Of a stretch of 64,000 nt of DNA, positions 51,779 through 61,209 are shown piece after piece. Made by a program: the position numbers and the translations under genes. A model generated the notes under the pieces. That model was not told the DNA's origin. It worked only from the letters and a program-made list of their open reading frames with translations, and ran no database searches. The DNA comes from Nitrosopumilaceae archaeon (GTDB lineage: Archaea > Thermoproteota > Nitrososphaeria > Nitrososphaerales > Nitrosopumilaceae), in the NCBI GenBank assembly GCA_965208905.1, contig OZ242365.1, forward strand, positions 960,001 to 1,024,000. Reading direction: 5' to 3'. Each line of letters begins with the position of its first letter. Position 1 is the stretch's first letter.

Positions 51779-51855
51779 AATACAAAGCCCGTTTTTATAG
51801 TTTTATATATTAAAAAGGTGAAAAGTTTAAGCATTATTGCGTCTATACAATATTA

Positions 51856-52125
51856 ATGTCTAATATAGCAGAACAGCGACAGCGGTTACAGAATCTACTT
51901 GTAAAGTTGAATAATTTGGGCCCGATCCCAGACGATATAGACCAGTTTACAATAAACGCCAATAATATACGAAAGAATGACTATCTTGTACAATATAACC
52001 AGATACAATCTGAAATTATAGACACGTATGGGTTGTATGTTGAGTTTTTAGAGGATAATACCACCTCACTGCTTAAACTTCACGGAAAGATGCTTGATAT
52101 AATCAAAGTTCAGACGGCCAGATAA
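51856..52125 (+). CDS. Hypothetical protein
   Basis: 89-aa ORF with upstream TTTAAG TATA-like box. Confidence 0.65.
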   Translation: MSNIAEQRQRLQNLLVKLNNLGPIPDDIDQFTINANNIRKNDYLVQYNQIQSEIIDTYGLYVEFLEDNTTSLLKLHGKMLDIIKVQTAR

Positions 52126-52127
52126 TG

Positions 52128-52850
52128 TCATGATATGATGACCCGTTTTATATTATCCTCCATCTGAACGAGGAGGGCGCCATCTTTATCTATGTCTATA
52201 GCTAAGCCTTGAATATCTCCATAGTGTACCATGTTGCCTATGGTGGAGCACTCTTCTTTGTATGTCCTTTGTATGTCTCTATACTGATTCATATGGTGTC
52301 GGTTCAGCTCCTTGAGAAATTCCAACAGTATCTCATATGCGGATGCATCTGTTGTATGATTTGACACTGTATCTATACCTGGCATATCTTTTGTTTCTAT
52401 ACTTACATTTACTCCGACACCTATGACTGCCCATTGTATGACATCTGATATGGCAGTATCGATAACTATTCCTGCCACCTTGCCGTCAATCATTATGTCG
52501 TTGGGCCACTTTATGCTTACGGCAGATGTATACCTGCAGAGCACACTGTACAGTGATACGGCCGATGTCATCATTAGTGTTCCAGCTTTGTGTGCTGGTA
52601 TACCTGGGCGTATCAACACTGAAAAAGTCAGCGAGCCTGGTGGTGATAGCCAGACTCGACCGTGGCGACCCCTCCCGGACAGCTGACTGCGTGTCAACCA
52701 TATGGTTCCATCTGATGCTGAATCTGCTATCTTTATTAGTGCATCTTGAGTGGATTGTATGGTATCACTGAATATGATATTACTGCCAAATATGTTAGAG
52801 TCCTTCTGTAATGCAACTCGTAAATAATCTATCTGCTCTTGTTTGATCAA
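52128..52850 (-). CDS. birA: Biotin--protein ligase
   Basis: STQD, Q..GRGRHGR.W.SP, KWPND, KVAGI. Confidence 0.95.
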   Translation of the reverse strand: MIKQEQIDYLRVALQKDSNIFGSNIIFSDTIQSTQDALIKIADSASDGTIWLTRSQLSGRGRHGRVWLSPPGSLTFSVLIRPGIPAHKAGTLMMTSAVSLYSVLCRYTSAVSIKWPNDIMIDGKVAGIVIDTAISDVIQWAVIGVGVNVSIETKDMPGIDTVSNHTTDASAYEILLEFLKELNRHHMNQYRDIQRTYKEECSTIGNMVHYGDIQGLAIDIDKDGALLVQMEDNIKRVIIS

Positions 52851-53386
52851 AAGCCAAAGTCAAAGTCGCCGCCACCAAAGCCGTTGTCGACTCCCACATC
52901 TCCCATGTCACTGCCCGCATCACCGCCAGCATCGCCGGTGTCAAAGCCTTCTGGAATGCTCTCGGCCGGTACATAATCGGTCATAGTGGCTCCCATCATA
53001 CTGAACATCATACTGAACATCATGATATCCATTATGCCAAAGAACATCATCATGGGCAGAAATGAACGGTTCCCATCCATCATATCTTGTAGACCCTTCT
53101 TGTCTTTTGTCTGGTAGAGTTGTTGCATGCGTCCCCACTTTTCGCGTGCTTCATAGAGGCGGTTGTCCAACTCGTTGGAACCCTTGTCGGTAATCAGTAT
53201 TTCTATCTTTTTACCCAACCAACTCTTCTTTGTTACCACCATTATGTGGCCTAGTTTTTCAAGTCGTGAGAGTATGCCTTCAAGCTCGTCCGGTTTGATA
53301 TTTGTCGCCCTCTGTATCTTGTTAAAGTTCTTCTTACCTTGCCTTATGGCTCCTAGAACTATTACCTCGGTTGGTTCTGTATCCAT
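52847..53386 (-). CDS. Winged-helix protein with a Met-rich segment and Gly/Asp-rich tail
   Basis: wHTH N-terminus (L..LEKLG.I...ITDKG), low-complexity C-terminus. Confidence 0.8.
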   Translation of the reverse strand: MDTEPTEVIVLGAIRQGKKNFNKIQRATNIKPDELEGILSRLEKLGHIMVVTKKSWLGKKIEILITDKGSNELDNRLYEAREKWGRMQQLYQTKDKKGLQDMMDGNRSFLPMMMFFGIMDIMMFSMMFSMMGATMTDYVPAESIPEGFDTGDAGGDAGSDMGDVGVDNGFGGGDFDFGF

Positions 53387-53521
53387 CAATACACCATATT
53401 TTGTCCTATCTTAAAAATTTTTTTCGCAACTTACTGTTGTGCATGTCTTGTACATTCTGCTGCGTATACACACAAGACGCACAATCATTAGATGTATAGT
53501 TGCACACTACAAAATTACATA

Positions 53522-55098
53522 GGTGATTATGCAGAAGCCTAATGACGGCAAACACCGGCTTGCATTATCCGACCATCGGATTCAATGACGCATGTCTGTT
53601 CGGATCAATCCGGCCATCCCTTCCTCCAACCCCTTCGGAGCTTATGCGATCAAACCAAAGTACTTTACTTTAAATATTCGTAATTGCCCATATAGGTATG
53701 TCCACAATAACACGCACAATACATGTGGCGCACAACAACGGGCAACTCCTGGGAGGTCTTCTGCACTACATACTCGCCGCGTCCAACGGTACCGCCAAGG
53801 CACTCCGTAGGGGCGTGCGGGGCAAGGAACTGAGGCGCAGGGCGGTACACCACACACGTGTGTATCAAACACGCTTTGCCGACTACATTGTATTGGATGT
53901 ATTTGGAAGTCACAAGGCATGGCGTACAAAGCAATTGACGGATAAACATGCCCGCGCGCCGCACTTTCGTAATCCGGTGGCGCAGACCGACATATTTGAG
54001 TTGGCATTTGATGATACATCAAAACGGTGGAACGGCACGCCGTCAATCCATGTAGCAGTATATGGAACGGGTCGGCAGAATAGGTCGTGGATGGTATTTC
54101 CGGTACCGCCATATGTCGTAAATGAGCTTGGCAGGCCAAACAGGACACCCAAAACCGTATCCATAAACAGGGATGAGATATTCATCACGTATCGGGAAAA
54201 TGTGCAGGATAGTAAAGCCGTAATGTGGGCAGGTGTGGATATGAATGCAAAGAACAACGCGTATTCATTCACTGATGGTACGGTAACTATTGTGGGCAAC
54301 CGAAATGGGAGTGAGTACAACAGGGCGTGTAGCAGGATATTGAAGGTGAGGCGGCGGAACGATGACCGCATCATGACAAAGTATACGGGAAAGGCATGGA
54401 AAACATACGGGAACCGCATACGCAATGATGTACATGTGGAGGCCAAAAGGTTGGCCAATGCGCGGTGTGTCGTAGGGTTTGAGACGCTGAACATCCACAA
54501 TCTGTACAACAAAAATGGTAAAATGTCGCCATATGTCCGCGGCAAGACGAAAGCGACGCTGAATACCGGCCAGAGGCAGGCTGCCCTCAAGAACGCGGCA
54601 GAGTCCGCGGGGCTACCAAGTGTGGGCGTTGAGCCGCGCAACACGTCTGCCAAATGCCACAAGTGTGGCGGAAGACTGGCGTTTCACAGTAAACGGAGCG
54701 GCGAGGTGCCGCTGCGCAACATGCGCTGCGGGGGTGTGTGCAGGGCAATGCGGGAGAGGGATGCCAACGCCAGCACCAACATATTATTGCTTACAATACG
54801 GAAATTAATGGGTGATTCTGTCGTTTCGACTGGAACCATCACGACGTCCGAGCTGCTGCAACTACTCAAAGTGGTGGTTGCCAATCGCACAGTCCCGCAT
54901 CGTAAGAAATTAATCGACATCATGCGGCTCTTAGAGGGTCGTAGCGCAAACACCTTGTGGTGTTTGTCGGGGGCGCACAAACCAAAACACCGTAATTACG
55001 TCGACGGTGACTCCATGGGTGTATTTGGGGTGGGCGATGCCGGCCGGAACGGTCCGGGGCCGCCCAATGCTGCCAAGTTGTGATTATGCATAATCTCT
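53522..55098 (+). mobile_element. Probable TIR/TSD-bounded tnpB element D (degenerate ends)
   Basis: Left end GGTGATTATGCAGAA (53522-53536) versus right-end reverse complement AGAGATTATGCATAA (55084-55098), 12/15; flanks ATTACATA and AATAAATA, 6/8. Confidence 0.6.
53698..55083 (+). CDS. tnpB: Divergent TnpB/Cas12f-like RNA-guided nuclease
   Basis: RuvC-I GVDMN, RuvC-II FETL, RNTSAKCHKCG..C...C, RuvC-III ERDANASTNI; about 100-aa C-terminal extension. Confidence 0.88.
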   Translation: MSTITRTIHVAHNNGQLLGGLLHYILAASNGTAKALRRGVRGKELRRRAVHHTRVYQTRFADYIVLDVFGSHKAWRTKQLTDKHARAPHFRNPVAQTDIFELAFDDTSKRWNGTPSIHVAVYGTGRQNRSWMVFPVPPYVVNELGRPNRTPKTVSINRDEIFITYRENVQDSKAVMWAGVDMNAKNNAYSFTDGTVTIVGNRNGSEYNRACSRILKVRRRNDDRIMTKYTGKAWKTYGNRIRNDVHVEAKRLANARCVVGFETLNIHNLYNKNGKMSPYVRGKTKATLNTGQRQAALKNAAESAGLPSVGVEPRNTSAKCHKCGGRLAFHSKRSGEVPLRNMRCGGVCRAMRERDANASTNILLLTIRKLMGDSVVSTGTITTSELLQLLKVVVANRTVPHRKKLIDIMRLLEGRSANTLWCLSGAHKPKHRNYVDGDSMGVFGVGDAGRNGPGPPNAAKL

Positions 55099-55128
55099 AA
55101 TAAATATGGTAAGAGTCTTGTTGCCATA

Positions 55129-56034
55129 ATGAAGTCTATGGAGGCATATATCAAAGATCTAAAACAACAGTATGTAGAGATTGGAGATTTTACAGCGCCG
55201 CCACCGCTATCAGATACACAGATGGCAGATGCGATATTCACAGGTAGTGGAGACTCGTTGGCGGCGGCCATGTTGGCCGAAGCGTTATCAAATTATACAG
55301 CCAAAGCAGTAGACCCTTTGGAGATACTATACAATCCACAGATTGTACAAAACAAGAGATTGTATGTAATATCCGTATCTGGCAGAACAATAACCAACAT
55401 ACGACTGGCTCAAAGATATACAAGTAATCACATTACTGCCATAACCACCAATACTGGTAGCGAGCTGGCATTACTGGCAGACGACATAATTGAGTTAAAG
55501 TTTCCCAGCTCAGACATACTGACTGCAGGCAGCATCAGTTTTTTGAATAGTGCTCTTGTGTGCATGTCTTTGGTGCGTCCCATAATTTTAGATGATGCAG
55601 TAAATATAATGAACCAGGCCAAAAGAGATGCAGGTACAATACACCAGAGGGGACGTACATTCTTTGTAGGCAATCAGTATACGTTTCCAGTAGCCATGTA
55701 TGCGGCTGCCAAAAGTTATGAAATACGTGGCAGATACGCAAACTACTCCCGGGCAGAACAGTTCGCCCACATGGAGTTGTTCTCGATAAAAAGCAGTGAC
55801 ACAGTCATACTATTTGATGAACTAAATTCCCGTACACGCTCTTTAGCAGAGTCATTAGAGTCTGAGGGAGTACAATGTGTAGTGACAAACCCCAATCTTT
55901 CAGAGCATGTAGAGTCCATACTGTATCATGTGTCTTATGCGCAGCATCTGCCGCTAAACGATATAGAGCAGGACGAGGTATACTTTATGAGGGAAGATAC
56001 ACTCAGAGGCATCAGTGATGAGGCCATCTATTGA
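55129..56034 (+). CDS. SIS-domain sugar isomerase-like protein
   Basis: FTGSGDS, ISVSGRT, EQFAHMELF. Confidence 0.85.
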   Translation: MKSMEAYIKDLKQQYVEIGDFTAPPPLSDTQMADAIFTGSGDSLAAAMLAEALSNYTAKAVDPLEILYNPQIVQNKRLYVISVSGRTITNIRLAQRYTSNHITAITTNTGSELALLADDIIELKFPSSDILTAGSISFLNSALVCMSLVRPIILDDAVNIMNQAKRDAGTIHQRGRTFFVGNQYTFPVAMYAAAKSYEIRGRYANYSRAEQFAHMELFSIKSSDTVILFDELNSRTRSLAESLESEGVQCVVTNPNLSEHVESILYHVSYAQHLPLNDIEQDEVYFMREDTLRGISDEAIY

Positions 56035-56393
56035 TTGTGAGGAAGTTTATTCAACGCATCAGTAACACTTGATAGGCACCATCGAATATCATCCGCATCC
56101 TGATCAGATATATTATTATCCCATCTCTCCAGTGTGATACGGACGGCCTCTGCCAAGCCACTTAAAAGTCGCCAATATGGATGGTGTTCAGCCACAGTAT
56201 ACGTCATCTCTTCAATGTGGCGCAGACCATATATGGCCTCTTTCAATGAGGAGACATCAGTACCATATATGGTAAATATGTCAGCGTCCGCATATTTAGA
56301 GGACCTAACAGTCGCGCAAGATCTGTCCAGCTGTTCTTTTACACGTACGCATGTATCATCAAAGTTATTCAATGTATAATGTGATGTGTACAT
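56028..56393 (-). CDS. Hypothetical protein
   Basis: 121-aa ORF, HHPYW motif. Confidence 0.7.
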   Translation of the reverse strand: MYTSHYTLNNFDDTCVRVKEQLDRSCATVRSSKYADADIFTIYGTDVSSLKEAIYGLRHIEEMTYTVAEHHPYWRLLSGLAEAVRITLERWDNNISDQDADDIRWCLSSVTDALNKLPHNQ

Positions 56394-56599
56394 CTAGGAG
56401 TATATTTTGTTTGCAGTACAAATCAAAGTCCACTACAACAGACATAGTCACCCTAAACGATACAAAGGCTGTGATACAAAATTATAATGAATTTGTATAT
56501 TATGATCGCTCATCTGTTGAGTGTTGGGGGTAAGTGAAGCCCCGCACCAAGCAGGTATAGTCGAAAAAGATCTGTATTGGTAGATCCCTCCATACCTCC

Positions 56600-57262
56600 A
56601 TGGCGTGTAGCGAGATGCAAAAACAAAAAGAATCCGGCCCCCTGTTGCTCCTGCTGGCATTGTTTGTCGATATGGCGGCTACAGCCGAGCTGTTCAGGAC
56701 GGTCCGGTGGGCCAACGGCCTGTTCTGCCCGCGTTGCGGCGGGGTTGATATCGTCTGGTACTGCCGATACCATGGATACGTCCGGAGGCACACATGCAAG
56801 GGCTGCCGCCGGACCTTCAACTACAAGACCGGAACTATTCTTCACTACCGGCATGTCCGGATGGGAGACTGGATGCTAGCGGTCTGAATGTTCCTGTGCG
56901 GGCAGCCCAACGGGATATCGCTAAACTACATTGCAACTTCGATAGGCCGCGCCTACGGGGCCGTCTGCCAGATGTACCGCGACATCATGCGGAAGGTGGG
57001 CGAGCTGCCGGAGGGCAAGCTGTCCGGGACGGGAGAGACCGATGAGGGATACACCAGGGCCGACTCCAAGGGGGTGTCACTGGGCAGCAACGGCGAGAAC
57101 CGGACTGTTCCCAGCCGCCGCCGGCTGCCCCGCGGTCCGGGGAGGGGCACCTTCGAGAAGAACACGCCGATGGTTACCATCTTGACAGTAACCAGAGTAT
57201 ACGCTTTAAGTCTTCGATTTTATAGTCTGCCAGATAGTCTGACCCCTGCTTTACCTGTATAG
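56600..57262 (+). pseudogene. IS1595-family DDE transposase pseudogene
   Basis: RWANGLFCPRCG...CKGCRRTFNYKTGT zinc ribbon, in-frame TGA at 56885-56887, LSG..ETDEGY first catalytic Asp, GRGT; truncated near 57180; GC-rich. Confidence 0.88.
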
Positions 57263-57454
57263 CCTTTGGCATGGGGGTTCAGGGGGAGGATCTAAACGTT
57301 TCGGTTTATTCTAAAAACTTGGGATACCATATCAAACGGCTCAGTGTATGTAAACGATCCTAATTCAACAAATTTTTATCCGAATCCTTTTTCAAATCAC
57401 TACACACACTGCCTATCACTACCTTTAAATGTGTATTTTAAGCAGTGTAATAGC

Positions 57455-58729
57455 GTGACTGCTAACGATCCATTTGAGAGTGCTACAAAGGAGCTCAATG
57501 ATGCTTGTGATATATTGGGAATTGATGACTCTGGCGTAAGAGAGTATTTGGCTACACCCAACAGGGTGATGCGAGTAAAGGTACCGGTTGTAATGGATGA
57601 TGGTAAACTGCGAGTATTTACTGGGTTTAGGAGTCAACACAACAATGACCGTGGACCATACAAAGGTGGTATTCGCTTTTTAGATCCCCAAGGCGGCATA
57701 CAGTACATAGAACGTGAAGTGATGGCGCTGTCTGCATGGATGACTTGGAAGACTGCTTTGGTTGACGTTCCTCTAGGTGGAGGCAAGGGAGCTGTCTATG
57801 TCAACCCAAAGACTGAAAATCTCAGTAGCGGGGAACTTGCGAGAATGACCCGTAGATTTGCATTTGAGATATCTGAGATATTGGGTCCGAACAAAGACAT
57901 TCCCGCACCTGATGTCTATACCACCGGAAATGAGATGGCTGAGATCATGGATGTGTATGGAAAGCTCAACAACAAGACACATCAACCCGGAGTGATAACT
58001 GGAAAACCGATAAACATGGGCGGCTCGCAGGCGCGCAACGTCGCCACTGGTCTGGGCACTGCGTACTGTGTACGTCGGGCAGCCAAAAAGACCGGCATGA
58101 GTCTAAAGGGATCCAGTGTGGTACTACAAGGCTTTGGAAACGCATCCACCTTTGCAGGCGAGTATCTTGAAGAGATGGGCTGCGTAGTGAAAGGTGCCTC
58201 AGACACAAAGGGCAGCATACTGATTGCCGATGGTGCAAAGATGTCTGACTTGGAAAGGCACAAAAATGAGACGGGTACTGTAGTTGGGTTCCCAAATAGT
58301 GAAAAAGTAGAGACTGCACAACTATTGACTGCTGACTGCGATGTCTTGATTCCCGGGGCCCTTGAAAACCAGATTACCACTGATATAGCTGAAGATATCA
58401 AATGCAAAATTATAGGCGAGGCTGCTAACGGCCCCACTCTACCTGATGCCGACCCAATATTGTTCGAGAAGGGCGTTCAGGTTATACCCGACATACTCGC
58501 AAATGCCGGTGGAGTCACAGTATCATACTATGAGTGGGTTCAAAACAACATGGGGTATTATTGGTCATTTGATGAGGTGGCCTCTAAGATGGAAGCACAC
58601 CTTATTCGTGGATTCGATGACTCATATGACATCTCTTTAGACAAGAAGGTAGACATGCGACGTGCTACAATGTCTGTCGCTGTCAAAAGAGTCTATGATG
58701 CCTTTATGACAAGAGGCATTTGGCCTTAG
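57455..58729 (+). CDS. gdhA: Glutamate dehydrogenase
   Basis: GPYKGGIRF, GGGKG, DIPAPDV, QGFGNA, EAANGP, NAGGVTVSYYEWVQN. Confidence 0.97.
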   Translation: MTANDPFESATKELNDACDILGIDDSGVREYLATPNRVMRVKVPVVMDDGKLRVFTGFRSQHNNDRGPYKGGIRFLDPQGGIQYIEREVMALSAWMTWKTALVDVPLGGGKGAVYVNPKTENLSSGELARMTRRFAFEISEILGPNKDIPAPDVYTTGNEMAEIMDVYGKLNNKTHQPGVITGKPINMGGSQARNVATGLGTAYCVRRAAKKTGMSLKGSSVVLQGFGNASTFAGEYLEEMGCVVKGASDTKGSILIADGAKMSDLERHKNETGTVVGFPNSEKVETAQLLTADCDVLIPGALENQITTDIAEDIKCKIIGEAANGPTLPDADPILFEKGVQVIPDILANAGGVTVSYYEWVQNNMGYYWSFDEVASKMEAHLIRGFDDSYDISLDKKVDMRRATMSVAVKRVYDAFMTRGIWP

Positions 58730-58801
58730 ATGCATATGATCATCTGACGTAAACTACATTAGTACAATATATGGTATATTGGGAGTTGTTTATGATGCAA
58801 C

Positions 58802-60516
58802 GGGTGTGTCCCACAGGTAAATATCCAAAAACAGTGAATGGTGTATGCCAATAACGGGAATCAAATATTAAATAGTAAAACATAGTATAGTACTCTATAA
58901 AAAGACGATGTGGTGACACCGTAGCAGTATCAATGCCACACGGCAAGGTGTACAATCCTGCAAAATTCCGTGAACTAACAGGGTCTCGCAGACCACCCAA
59001 ATACGACCCAGATGATATACTGGCATCCGCTTTACAATATGCAGTACACAAGACCGGCCTGGGGTATCATCTGTGGTCTGAGTTCATCAGGGATTTTCCA
59101 AAAGTGCGGGAAGCGTATAGTGGTGGAGAATTAAAAGAGTATGATGCCGGGGTTAAGAAGATATACAGATTGCTCAAGCACCGTGATAATAAATACATGG
59201 CGCAGTTCGCGTTAACTATGAAAGATGAGTGTGAGGCTAAAGTGCGTGCATACTGTATAAGACGTGCGCAAGACCCCAACGCGCGGCGGCCAAAATGCAC
59301 CAACCCAATACTGCGGCAGAATGCTGGGTCTTGTAGGATATATGGTCAAGGTTTTCGATGTAGGTTATCTGACGCACCGAATAAACCACTACATTCATCA
59401 CCATACGTGGTACTGCGATTTCCAATAATCCCACATAAACATACCATGGAGGTACAACTCACGCCCTACATGGTGGAAAAACTAGCTACTGCCGTAAGTG
59501 TGGGGGCCGTTACCGTGACAGATAAGACCATATCTATAGCATATGAGCCGCAACCCATCACACCAGTACAACCCAAAGGTATCACAGGTATGGATGTCAA
59601 CAAAGTACAGCATGTTACGGCTGACACTAACGGGAGTGTAGAGCGTGTTCCAAATATGGCGCTTGAAGCCGCTCAGACACGACGGCAGAAACTCGCGAAT
59701 TTAGGAGTAACTGGCGGCAAACCGAAGAGTAAACAATCCCAAAAACCAAAGAAGCGTACTCTGCCAAAGCACGTCAAACACGTAGGCCGTAGGCCGAAGA
59801 ATAAAAAGCGTCATGATGAACGTGTGAGTCGTTGTGAACGCGCCCACATAAACACCAGATACAACAATCAAAAGAAGGACTGGTTGTTCAAATTAATGCA
59901 TGGGTTGGCTTCCCTGGGCTTTGTGTTGGCGTTGGAGGAGCCAACCATCGACAGGATGATGAAAAAGAGTAACAAGAATATGTCAAACGAGACGCGCGAC
60001 TTGTTGAAGATGGGGCTGAGTCAGGGTATAATATGGGCGGTGGCTAAAAGCGTATACGGAAAGCATGGTCTTCCCGTGATTGGTGTTGTTGCCAAAGGTA
60101 CTAGTTCTACATGTCCCACATGTAATGGAAAGTTATGGGAGCCAGAGTACGGCATGAAAATATGGAAAAAGTGGAGGCGTATTAAGGGGTGTGGGGTTTG
60201 TTTATATCATATCGACAGGGATGATGTCGCAGCCATCAATATTGTACGGCGCGGCATCCTCAAGTATTGTAAACCGGCAGCCGATTCTAATCGGTGGGTG
60301 GCCGGGGATTGGGAGCAGTTGGTCCAACCATTATTGGACCATACGGTCTTGTGGTTTCCGCAGGACCGTGAAGGGCGGCATCCTAAAGGGGAGGTGATGA
60401 ACTCAATGAGTGATGATTTACCATCCCTGGACGACCACCTGGATGTATCCAATTGTGCTGCTGGTGTAGCGCTGCCGGAGGAGACTCCGGTGGCTTTATA
60501 CTAGTGGGACACACCC
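58802..60516 (+). mobile_element. TIR/TSD-bounded tnpB element E
   Basis: Perfect 13-bp TIRs GGGTGTGTCCCAC (58802-58814) and GTGGGACACACCC (60504-60516); perfect 9-bp TSD TGATGCAAC (58793-58801, 60517-60525). Confidence 0.93.
58933..60504 (+). CDS. tnpB: Divergent TnpB/Cas12f-like RNA-guided nuclease (523 aa)
   Basis: RuvC-I GMDVN, RuvC-II LEEP, GTSSTCPTC..CGVC, RuvC-III DRDDVAAINI; Lys/Arg-rich insert; stop codon abuts the TIR. Confidence 0.88.
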   Translation: MPHGKVYNPAKFRELTGSRRPPKYDPDDILASALQYAVHKTGLGYHLWSEFIRDFPKVREAYSGGELKEYDAGVKKIYRLLKHRDNKYMAQFALTMKDECEAKVRAYCIRRAQDPNARRPKCTNPILRQNAGSCRIYGQGFRCRLSDAPNKPLHSSPYVVLRFPIIPHKHTMEVQLTPYMVEKLATAVSVGAVTVTDKTISIAYEPQPITPVQPKGITGMDVNKVQHVTADTNGSVERVPNMALEAAQTRRQKLANLGVTGGKPKSKQSQKPKKRTLPKHVKHVGRRPKNKKRHDERVSRCERAHINTRYNNQKKDWLFKLMHGLASLGFVLALEEPTIDRMMKKSNKNMSNETRDLLKMGLSQGIIWAVAKSVYGKHGLPVIGVVAKGTSSTCPTCNGKLWEPEYGMKIWKKWRRIKGCGVCLYHIDRDDVAAINIVRRGILKYCKPAADSNRWVAGDWEQLVQPLLDHTVLWFPQDREGRHPKGEVMNSMSDDLPSLDDHLDVSNCAAGVALPEETPVALY

Positions 60517-60585
60517 TGATGCAACTCTGACTATTAAAGGCCCCCGCATTGGGTGTTTGTTATGATATGATATGATATGGTACAT

Positions 60586-61125
60586 CTAGGCGAGACCCTC
60601 ATCTTTGAGCTCTTTGGACTCGGCTAGAACTTGGTTGTATCTCTGCTCTTTGTATCTTTTTAGTGCTTCACGTATGTGACTAAACTCGTTTCCCAGAATC
60701 ATGGCTGCATATATACCTGCACTCTTTGCCTTGTTTACGCCCATCGTCCCCACCGGCGAACCTGACGGCATCTCAGATATGGATAACAAAGCATCTAGGC
60801 CACCAAAAGCTGAGAACCTGCCGCCAGGACCCTTGTCTGCATATACCAGTATGGGAACACCTATCACCGGTATTGTGGTGAACGATGATATCATACCTGG
60901 CAGATGCGCTGCCCCACCAGCCCCTGCTATTATTACACGAAGCCCCAACTCCTCTGCGTGTTTGGCGTACTCCTGTAGTCGAGTTGGTGTGCGGTGCGCC
61001 GAGACTATCTGGTCTTCATGTGGTATATCAAATGAGTCGAGCACTTCGGCAGCCTCTCGCATAATCCGACGATCCGATGAGGACCCCATTATGATTCCTA
61101 CCAATGCTGTGTTATTGTTAGCCAT
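60586..61125 (-). CDS. purE: N5-CAIR mutase
   Basis: IMGSSSD, SAHRTP, AGAGGAAHLPG, PVIGVP. Confidence 0.97.
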   Translation of the reverse strand: MANNNTALVGIIMGSSSDRRIMREAAEVLDSFDIPHEDQIVSAHRTPTRLQEYAKHAEELGLRVIIAGAGGAAHLPGMISSFTTIPVIGVPILVYADKGPGGRFSAFGGLDALLSISEMPSGSPVGTMGVNKAKSAGIYAAMILGNEFSHIREALKRYKEQRYNQVLAESKELKDEGLA

Positions 61126-61209
61126 TATACCGACATACAAACTGATACGTATTAACCATGCTGTCCAAAATCAGTATATATTTTTAGAGTTGAGTTTTTT
61201 TGTTGTACT

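Noticed and set aside
57172-57330. Possible right TIR of the IS1595 remnant or a second small IS fragment on the minus strand
   Set aside because: Candidate ends match poorly and no TSD was found.
57344-57454. N-terminal extensions in the ORF track (gdhA; similarly cobT, the MBL hydrolase, the LpxA-like gene and the PhaR-like gene)
   Set aside because: They overlap promoters or neighbouring genes; downstream starts fit family lengths and translational coupling.
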